The position numbers were made by a program, and so were the translations under genes. Under the pieces are notes generated by a model. It made no database searches and was not told where the DNA came from. It saw nothing but the letters and a program-made list of their open reading frames with translations. Shown in pieces: positions 53,440-64,000 of a stretch of DNA of 64,000 nt; position 1 is the first letter of the stretch; each line of letters begins with the position of its first letter. The DNA comes from Octopus sinensis (Eukaryota). The stretch is taken from NCBI RefSeq assembly GCF_006345805.1, contig NC_043006.1, positions 52,638,001 through 52,702,000 of the forward strand, read 5' to 3'.

Positions 53440-54438
53440 GTAGTGTTACACAAAGAATTCTGTGACGGGGAGTGAGAATAAGTGCAAAAACAAACGATCC
53501 CTTTGTAATATTGATCATTGATCGATTGGTCATGAAATCGGAAAGTCAAAGTAAAATTTAACGACATCGTGTCTCTCGTCCGTGCGAGTATGCATGTATG
53601 TATGTATGTATGTATGTAAGTATGTATGTATGTATGTATGTATGTATGTATGCATGCATGCGTGTATGTATGGATGGATGGATGTATGTATGTATGTATG
53701 TATGTATGTATGTATGTATGTATGTATGTATGTATGTATGTATGTATGTATGTATGTATGTATGTATGTATGTATGTTTATATGTATGTATCAAGGATTG
53801 AACAGACAGAACACAACAATGAGAAAAAGTTAGACGAAGGTAGAGCAAACGGGAAACTAAACGAGAACTTAACGGACAGAGAATATAGAAAAGACAGGAT
53901 ACACGGAATATTCGCATTTGAGTTTTCCTCGTCAGTCAATGAAACAAAATATCATGTTGGTTTCGCACCATTATCATTGAGACCAATCAGTCTTGGAGGT
54001 GCCAGTGTTGTTATTAAATTACTGGGAAAAAGTTAGCGAATGTATACAGTGATACAGGGTTACAGGGATGTATGTATGTATGTATGTATGTATGTATGTA
54101 TTTGGATGGATGGAGCTCTGTTAAATTCAGTGTTGACACTTCAATTGTTGAATCAACTGAATTACAGGCTCATTGAATTACTTGACACTCTTCTGACATG
54201 TGTACCCTTAAGATAATCCTCTAGTAAAATCAACGTTGCATCGTGTGTAATATAGATGTACTTTTGAACAGAGGCGCAATCAAGCCGGCGTTTTCCAATA
54301 CACTTTTTGTGCGCCTATTTTGCCTCGCAGCGTGGACATCTCGATGTTATAGAAATTGACACGCAGTAGCATCGAATCCAGATCACGTGGTTGCGAAACG
54401 AACTTCACAACCATTATACATATGCGTTTATCTATCTA

Positions 54439-54598
<160 letters not shown>

Positions 54599-54709
54599 GT
54601 ATATTATATATATATATATAATATATATATATATATTATATATATATATGTATAATATATATATATATGTATATTATATATATATATGTATCTATATATA
54701 TATATATAT

Positions 54710-54768
<59 letters not shown>

Positions 54769-54850
54769 GCCGAAGTAACACAATGACTCAAGGTCCGAAA
54801 GCTGCATGCGTTGGCACTTATATACACACAACACACACAACACACAAAAC

Positions 54851-54883
<33 letters not shown>

Positions 54884-55927
54884 TACATACAAATATTTTA
54901 ATAATTATATGCATAATCCTAACAAGGGATTGGCTATAAGCCTCTCCAGGTGCTAGAAAAATAGACGCCAAAAGATACTATTACCACCTCAAAACTCCGA
55001 AAAATAAATCACGGTATGTAGTCGGCCAAAAGGAACATAATGAATTAAACTTTTAGTTAACCGTGTACAAGACCTTGTTTCGAGCTTAAAGTAGAAAATA
55101 TTTATTTACTGCTCTCATCAGCAACAATATTCCATAGTATAAATTAACGTGTATTTACATACACGTATACGAGCAACAACTTCATACAGCAATATATTTA
55201 CACACTCTTAGAAATATACAGTAAAACAGAGTTTTCATCTCTCTCAACCACGTTTAGTATATCAAAACATACTGCGCAGTGAATGCAGTTTTGATCAAGA
55301 AGTAAATCGCTGCTCGTATACGTATGTGTAGATACTCGTCAATTTATACTATGGAAATATATTTTAGAGAAAATAGATATATACCAAATAATACTTAGAA
55401 ATTAACGAGCTAGAAATGCTTTAACACACGTTGTAGTAAAGTCTATAATAGAATATTTAAAATAATAGGCAAGAATAAGTGTATATAACTTTTCTTGTTA
55501 TAAATTATAATCATAATATTTTCAACGTGATATTAAGTTAATTATCAAGTTTAGACTGAAAAACCAGAATAATAATAACTCAATTTATAATTTCACCCCA
55601 CCATAATTTATGACACAGAATAATTGTATAGACAGTTAGGTGCTTTTTGCAATTAGAATATTATCATATAATATCACTTATAGAACTAAAAAATATCTAG
55701 TAAAGCATAAATACAAGCGATTATTCTTATATGTTCCAACAGATTCGAATACTAATATTCCAGTCACTTCTGTATTTCATCATTGGAGACGAACTCCTTT
55801 GAGGCCACTGTATGTTCATAACTCACACGATTCATTAGCATGAATTCCCCGGCTGAATTTGAACTCAGAATGTAAAGACGGACGAAATCCCGCAAAGGAT
55901 TTTTCCTGGCGTACTAAGGGGGTAGTA

Positions 55928-56493
55928 TTGGATTGTCCGGAAAGTTAATGCCGATTTTTAAAGGAAAGAAAAAGGTCAATAAATACTTGCCATTACATTT
56001 TTAATCTACCAAATATGAACTATTTTGTTGCACAATGCGTTTCCATCTTTCCTTTAACTTGAAAATACCCTCTTCCCAGAATTGAGGTGGTTTTATGGCA
56101 AAGAATTCATCAAGGTACCTTTTTATGTCATCCAAGGTATTGAAATTTTTACCATTAAGACTATTCTGCAGAGACCTGAATAAGTGGAAATCCGAAGGAG
56201 CAATATCTGGTGTATATGGAGGGTGGGGTAACACATCCCAGCCGAGCTGCGGCAGTTTTTGTCTGGTTCCCAAAGCATCAAGTGCCGAAAATTAACTTTC
56301 CTATCTTCCATTTTAAAGGGTTACAGAATTAACACAGGTTTTAGTAACATAAAGCTTCTTCCACGAAAAGATAGCTTAAACTGTGCTCCAAATGGAGGTG
56401 TAGTCAAATTCTATTTTATGGACTCAGTCATGTTCTAAAATAAGTCTCAAGGTAAGCTACTATAAATCGGCACGAACTTTCCGAACAACCCAG
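55928..56493 (-). mobile_element. Internally deleted mariner with both TIRs
   Basis: ~30-bp imperfect TIRs with TA on each side; LGWDVLPHPPYTPDIAPSDFHLF (DD34D-type third-aspartate motif). Confidence 0.9.
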
Positions 56494-57346
56494 TATAATA
56501 ATACCAACGTAACTATAACAATAAATGTAATGATGCGTTCTAAATGCAGTAAGAAATATAATTCAACTACACTTTCTCACCCTGTCTTCTAAATTTAACA
56601 ACAGGCACAATAAATTCATACCTATGGACACTGGTAATTATAGTGAAACATAAGTAGCGCAAGTGTATGCCAAAGAAAGGTTCCAAAATCGACAGAGACA
56701 ATATTATGTATATACTGACAGAAGGCTAAAGGCAAAACCATTCAGATAGGATAATAGGGACAAATATATCTAGTAATAAAGTTGAGTTGTTTGGGGAAAT
56801 TGATAAAATATTTCAATTAAACCAGCTGTGTATTTGAAAGACACAGAGAAAGTGTATTTGACATATCTTGAATGAGGGGTTCTAAAAACCAGATGAATTT
56901 CAATAAGAATAAACGCATTAGGACTAATAAAATTATAAGGATTTCTGAAATAGACATAATACGAAGATTAAACTGTATATGTAAAGTATATAATAGCATT
57001 CCACTGATAGGTACAGAATGCACTACTTCAAGTATACACAAAATTTCATGTAGACAAGGAAAAATATGCTTGAGCACAGTTATATATAGTCTAGAGGAAA
57101 TATTGGTGATACAGAGAATAGAGAAGATATTGAGGGTTATACTGGTTTAACTATCCATCATTATATGTTTATACAGACCACGGATAAATCTAGTAAGCAC
57201 TTGAGAAGACATAAAGGAAATGGTTATGATGTAATATAAATATACACTGTATTATTTGTATTATCGAGCGACATCTATACAAAAATCAATCAAAAGAAAT
57301 AAAATTTCAAATTTGAGTATTTTTTTATCCTTTTATTGCTTTCAGT

Positions 57347-57765
57347 TAGGTGGCGAACTGGCAGAAACGTTAGCACGTCGAGCGAAATGCGTAGCCGTAT
57401 TTCGTATGCCGTTACGTTCTGGGTTCAAATTCCGCCGAGGTCGACTTTGCCTTTCATCCTTTCGGGGTCGATAAAATAAGTACCAGTTACGCACTGGGGT
57501 CGATGTAATCGACTTAATTCGTTTGTCTGTCCTTGTTTGTCCTCTCTGTGTTTGGCCCCTTGTGGGTAGTAAAGAAATAGGTATTTCGTTTGACGTTACG
57601 TTCTCAGTTCAAATTCCGCCGGGGTCGACTTTGCCTTTCATCTTTTCGGGGTCGATAAATTAAGTACCAGTTACGCACTGGGGTCGATGTAATCGACTTA
57701 ATCCGTTTGTCTGTCCTTGTTTGTCCCCTCTATGTTTAGCCCCTTGTGGACAATAAAGCATTAAG
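57347..57765 (+). mobile_element. SINE family A, head plus two tandem bodies
   Basis: GTATTTCGT at 57397 and 57581. Short family A copies also occur near 30330, 30980, 44810, 45667, 46558, 48470, 48660, 51140, 55850, 57875 and 60828. Confidence 0.85.
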
Positions 57766-60700
57766 TTATTGGACGGTGTACATGCTGCTGCATGACATTC
57801 GAAGATTTCAGCTGATTATATTGAGATGACTACTAAAAAAACTAATACATCTCATATTACATGATATACTTAAGGCGGCGAGCTGGTAGAATCGTTAGCA
57901 TGTCGGGCAATAATGCTTAGCGGCTTTACATCCGCCCTCACATTGTGAATTCAAATTCCGATGAGGTCGACTTTACCTCTCGTCCTTTCGAACTTGAGAA
58001 AATAAGCACCAGTTGAGTACTAAGGTCGATGAAATCTTACTCCATATCCAGAACTTGCTGGCCTTGGGCTAAAATTTGAAATCAGTATTACATAATATAC
58101 CCTTCTTTCACATGAGGATCATAGCATAACTTCATATCCACTTACTTGCAGCAATTACGATTAGAGAAGGTGAAAGCTGCATATGCTTCTATTATAAAAT
58201 AAAAGTTGAACCTCTACACAGTCTCTCGACCAGCTTGAAATAACAACCAGACCTTAACAGATTTCATCCTACTATCTTAAAACATGAAAAGCACGTTGGA
58301 TGAGGATGTGCTCTTTGATAGTCTTTGTCTGAATAATTTACGTGTTTGTCACGGTTGGAATGTCTTTTATCGCATGCCTGTCCTATCAGGGTCGGCATAC
58401 GGGGAAAACAATGCAACAGTACATACGTGTGTTTTACGTAGCTAATATAACACTCCGAAAATAATAAATTATTCCTTTCAATTTCTTCTTGATGCAGATA
58501 TTATCAACGTTTTAACGGAAAATGTTTAGGAATATCTATTTTAATACCAACTGTCTGAGAATTAATGATATTTTCAAAAGCCTACCATAAAAAATTTTAT
58601 CCAATGCTTAAAAGTCCTTGAAAACTACGATGACGAAGAAAAAAAAAGAAAAAACAAAAGGTTGATATTTTTTCATAATGAATGTATTTTTTTCATTTAG
58701 AACATGCTACGATTTAAATTCCACTATAAATAATTTAAAAACTGAAGAAGGTATTAAGTGGCGAGAATTGAAATTGAAGAGTTGATGTTTCATACCGAAG
58801 TCAAGATGAAACCACTGATTTCTACTTGAACTGTTTCTGCTTATGTTACACTATTTTGTCGACACTTCGCCAATTTTCAAGAGTAATTAGAAATACCTAA
58901 ACGATGATAGTATTTTAACAAACAACTTCTCTGCTTCGACTCAGAGAGAGTAGATGTGTTAATTGCTTAATTGACAATTCTTCTTAAAGTAAAGAATAGC
59001 GTTTCTAATTAAAGAGAAAAAGCGAAAACGAAATGAAAGAGATATAGCTCAGTAAGCGTTGAACGTCTGCGGGTTTTTTTTTTTTTTTTAGCTTTGAAAT
59101 AAAGGATTTACATGGTGAGAGATAACCATTAAATTGCAAAAAGATAATGAAAAAGAAATTTAAAATTTATGTATAATGATACGTTGCAAAATATGGATTT
59201 CTTCGATAGTTCGAATAAATTATTCTGATTGCTAGCTATAAATAACTCCTCAAAGTGGAGGGGAAAAAATCGTAACGCAAATTGAAGCATGCGTCATGTC
59301 ATCAATATGCTAAGATTAGTACATGAGAAGAAAACACACCAACGTACTCATAGATAGATAGTTAGATAAGCCAACTGACATGCACAAGTAGATAAGATCT
59401 GACCGCGTGTACCTCGTTTTTGCTATTTGTTTTACATGCCTATACAGTCGCAAGCAGTCAAACACATAATGGTTCTCTTTCTCTCAGCCATTCTACACTT
59501 GGCCCAGCGGAACACTGGAGAAGTGACTGCTGGAGGGTAGAGGATTTTCATCTGATACACCAGTATACACGTATATGAAAATACGAGTATATACATGTGT
59601 CTGTGCGCGCGCGCGTCTGTATGTGTGTATGTGTGTGTGCATACATATATGAAAAATTCAATCTGTCACTCTCTAATGACGGAAAGTAAGCCGAAACTTC
59701 GAAGTTACTACCAATTATTTCTTTGTAACAGTGCTTGAGACTAACTTTGAGTTAGCTAAGGCTCGATGTAACCCATATTTAACCGTGACTATGCAAAACC
59801 CTATTGAGTTACAATCCACAGTGACGCACATATCACGCGGTATCATGCACACTCCGTAACAGTAATTTTCTCCTCCACACAAGCATATGTGTGTGTGTAT
59901 GTGTATGTGTGAAGATGCGCTTATATATATACGCACACACACGCATACACACACACATATGTATGTCTAGGAGTAGAGCGAAAGAGATAAGCAGAGATAT
60001 ATGAAATGCTATCCAACGTGAAAGTTTGACTTATTAAAATAGGGAGATGTGTCATAATAACTAATTAGTCATAAAAAAACAGATAATATTAAGAATCAAA
60101 AATTATCATAAGTTGAATGCCATTAAGTAAAAGAAAGAGTGTTTGGTGATGAAAGGACAGTCGTGGACACATATCTATCTCAGTCGGTTTCAACTTATCT
60201 CCAGGTATCCTAATTTGTCTAAGAAATATCCTAACTTATCTCTAGTAGACAAGGGGTTTAGATACATACGAAATAGAACACAATCGAGATTATCTACTCT
60301 TCTCAAAAGAAACTGGTATTAATTGCCATTTAGTAATTATAGCACATCCTTTAGAAGTGAAGATAATTTATATGTCAAACATTTATGTCTTTGTCTATGT
60401 TGTTCAAATGCATGCTACTAGTTATTTTTATTAGCACATTTTTGTTTAAAGTATACAGATTACATAGACCATAAATGTGTTCTACGTTTTGTTTTCCGTT
60501 TTTGCTTGTATACTTGGCTACTGGAGGTAATGTATAATAATTATCGAGCTGATGACACCGATTGAGGCAGAAACACGTGACAACGAACTTATTATAATCT
60601 CCAGATACTAAGCTTTTCCTTTTCTTGAATGGTATGTCAACTTCGGAGAACCCTTGATTTTTAAGATGATCTCCCCATATGGATTCGGTCTTTACCACCA

Positions 60701-61039
60701 TTTGTTAATTATGTACGGGGCAGTTCTCCTCTTTGACTATACTTGTATTTTCTTTTCTGTTGAAAATAAATATATCAGACCTATTATATTGGTATTTTTG
60801 ATGTTCCATCAATATTTTGATGCTTTTAAGGCGGCGAGCTGGCAGAATCATTTGCACGCCAGGCCAAACGCTTAGCGGCATTCCGCCCGTCTTTGCGTTT
60901 TGAGTTTAAATTCCACAGAGGTCGACTTTGCCTTTTATCCTTTTGGGGTCGATAAAATAAGCATCTGCTGAGAACTGCGATCGATATAATCAAATTATTC
61001 CCTCCCTGCGAACTTGCTGGCCTTGTGCTAAAATTTGAT

Positions 61040-61330
61040 ACCAATATTTTGACGTATTGATATGTACATGTTCAATAACAGAGGTATTGTTTATATTTAT
61101 CCCAAGGCAGTCTTGTATGTAGTGACCATGGTATATTGTTAAAGCAATGACATCATGTCGCAATGGGAGACAGTATCTCAATGATATTATCGGGTTTCTA
61201 CTGGTCACATGTGTTGTCTTTACAGAAGAGTGGCATAATCGACATTTGCGATTGCATCTTTGGAGCTTAAGGGCTCCACTGTTCCGTTTGTTCATTGGAT
61301 ATTTTGTGTCTATCCTTATATGCAGTGTTC
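61040..61330 (-). mobile_element. R4/Dong-type CCHC region
   Basis: CNRKCRLCHSSV...LRYCLPLRHDVIA; same family as 20730-21520. Confidence 0.75.
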
Positions 61331-62054
61331 TGGGGTTTGCATGAAATAGTGAGGTTATTAAGTGAATAGGATAAGTTGAATATATGGTTCAAAGATAAAG
61401 AGAAAGGTCATGAATTCGAACACTAAAGACAAAATGAAAATAACAAAAATGAGAAACAGATGCCCATGAGGAAAAGAGACCTATTAAGTTATATATTATA
61501 TAGATTTAGTTTAAATCCGTTTAATATAGTATTCAGAGCTGTAGGTATCATAATAAGCATTACGTTTATTAATTGTAAACAGAAAAATAATAGAATGGGA
61601 GATTATTAAAGTGACGAAGATAATTCTGGACATGATTAGATTTATATAATAGTGTAAAAGTGAAGCGGACTGTAAGCTTTGTTATAAAAACAATGGCTTG
61701 CAGCGGAAGAAATAAAATAGTGGTGAGGCCATACAACTATGAAATGGAAGCTATCTAAATTCATGGGGCTCTATCTGGGGTAATTCTTTTCAAAATTCGA
61801 AAGTCATTCATTTAGTGAGAAAATCTAGTGATTTAAATTTCAGGAATTATTAATGAATTTAAATAGTTTTAAATAGTTTATAATTATTTTAAATCTGACT
61901 TAAAGGTGTCAGTGAGATATTTTAGAATCTTAAGTTACTATATGGACGGTAACAAGGACGATGATATTTAAAAATAGTTATATGAAGAGGTTCTAAATGA
62001 AATAGAATTGAAGCTACGATCAAACAATTTTACACAGAGACTGGAATAGATGCA

Positions 62055-62415
62055 GCTGCGAGGTAAGAAACTTGCTTCCCAACCACATAGTCCCTGGTTC
62101 AGTCCCCCTGAGTGGAACCTTTGGCAAGTAGCTTCTACTATAGCCACGGGTCGACCAAATCCTTGTGAGTGGATTTGGTAGACGGAAACTGAAAGAAGCC
62201 CATTCTCTGTGTGTATGCGTGCGCGCGTTTGTCTCCTACCACTGCTAGACAACCGGCGCTGGTGCGTTTACGTTTCTGTAACTTAGCGCTCGAGTAAGTA
62301 TCAGGCTTACAAAATAAGTACTGGGGTTGATTCGTTCGACTAATCCTCCAAGGTAGTGCTCCAGTATGGCCACAGCTTAATTACTGAAACAAGTCAAGGA
62401 TAAAAGATAAAAGGT
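62055..62415 (+). mobile_element. SINE family B
   Basis: Head, body and tail all recognisable. Confidence 0.8.
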
Positions 62416-62829
62416 ATAGTTAATTGTGATATTAAATTTCCAACGGAGTAAAGTATAATAGTATAATGTTTCAATGACATTTCTTTCTTTCTTGACCATA
62501 AGGGCCGCAAAAGACATTTAGAACAACACAAGGACAAAGGATAGCTGGAATTTACATAAAATCACGTAAACAATAAAAAACAATAACAATTAACTTCTCA
62601 ATAAAGAAAAATACCATCCAAGTGCCACTGAAATAGCGCACACATCTGCTTGGAGTTGAGTAGCATGTGCTTTTCCTGTCCGTCAAAGACAGAATTGTGC
62701 TATGCTGCTACATTGAGCTTTTGCTAGCTCCACATTTCTATCAATCTGCTTTTGTTCCTTCATGTATTACTCCATACACTCTAGTTCTGACCATGCAATC
62801 TTCGTGCATAGCGTGAAAGAATATGTTGA

Positions 62830-63330
62830 ACTGTGGACAACCTATGATCCCTGTCTATTGGTCAACAGAATATTCTAACTAAATACGAACTACATGATCC
62901 GATGCTATTTGTCCATGTTCGCATTGGCACACTCTGGAAAGCCAGTCGGTACCTATCAGCTAGCTGGAAACGACTGGGCAGGATTACAAGGCTTTTGCAT
63001 TTGCCTCTACTATCAGTTATTTCCATACAATTCAGAGGTACATCCAAGATGGCGTTCCAATCGCCCACTACCACAAAAGAGTTGAACGTTCCTAGGTAAA
63101 CCTTCCAACATAAGAAGAAATGCTACTGCCCCACCTCAGTCGAGGTATACACATGGGTTAGTCTAAAGATACCACCTGTACTTCTAATCACATTCAAGCT
63201 CACCAACTTACCGTCCAGTCCAGAAAGATCGACTGTATCTCGTGGCCTAAATATTTCAGAAACAACACCAGTCACTCCGACTCCAATTTCGGGCCGAACA
63301 GGAAATGCCAAAAATGAGTGCTAAGTCACT
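62830..63330 (-). mobile_element. L1/Tx1-type APE endonuclease remnant
   Basis: GKLVSLNV...FRLTHVY, VVGDWNAILD, WTN...SYL.RIF. Confidence 0.75.
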
Positions 63331-64000
63331 CATTTTGTTGGAAATCTTAGTCTTACAGGTAGCTATCCACATCCATTTTAGTTTCCTTTGGAAGGTCCTA
63401 TAGGAGCCTACTGTTGATTCTTCGATGGTGTTGATTCTTCGAACAGAGTGATGACATTTAGTAGAGATAACCCGAAAGTTGTTCCTCTTCGATTACTATC
63501 GCAAACAGCAGTAGCTTTCTTCAACCGAATACACGTAGTTGATTGGTTGAAATTACCCAAATACAACAACTTTAACACGAAATAACTTCTAAAATAGGAA
63601 ATTTTGTCAAAAATATTCAGAGTAAACCGTTTCCTACGTGAGAAATTCTACCAGTATTCGAAGTTTCAAACTGTTTAGTTTAAAAATTAATTAATTCAAA
63701 ATCTGTGACTGGGATGGATTAGATCCTAAATAATAACATTTAGAAAGGGATTTAAGGACCAAATAAGAGAAGAAGGATAAATAAAACAATCTAAGCCCTA
63801 GAAAAATGGGGTACTTTTATATAAAATAGAAATCTCATAATGCTTCATCCTAGCATGCTGTTAAGGTGGTAATGATAGAATTATTCAACAATGCCGTAAT
63901 GCACTAATACCTGGACATCCTTGTTACTTATTTGCTTTTTATTCACCTAACTTCGAGCTGTGTGGACAATACTGGACTGACTTGGTGCCTCAATATAAGC

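Noticed and set aside
59673-59706. CTAATGA-CGG...CC-GAAAC-TTCGAA-GTT with palindromic stem III
   Set aside because: Core mutated and no stem I; possibly a fossil hammerhead but unsupported.

Overview
AT-rich, microsatellite-saturated animal DNA. The SINE/LINE repertoire looks like a coleoid cephalopod, probably Octopus (inference from recognising the repeats; no search was run). Almost all ORFs in the supplied track are microsatellite or transposon artefacts. Two signals stand out. (1) A minus-strand gene can be assembled by eye from coding exon 52952-52892 and exon 33690-33440, joined phase-1 to phase-1 across a ~19.2 kb intron. It encodes a 103-aa precursor: signal peptide + EENCKCKMCPSSIDARAHCECCVWHYL + GKR, i.e. 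a predicted six-cysteine amidated neuropeptide or toxin-like peptide. (2) About a dozen type-I hammerhead ribozyme motifs, intact to decayed and of several unrelated sequence families. Three loci carry them as outward-facing inverted pairs; one of these flanks a Penelope-like GIY-YIG fragment and one lies next to a Penelope RT-thumb fragment. The rest is decayed Tc1/mariner, hAT MITEs, a CR1/L2-type LINE, R4/Dong-type, RTE and Tx1/L1 fragments, three tRNA-SINE families, many foldback palindromes, a candidate plus-strand first coding exon of a type II membrane protein (6196-6307) and a 100-N gap.
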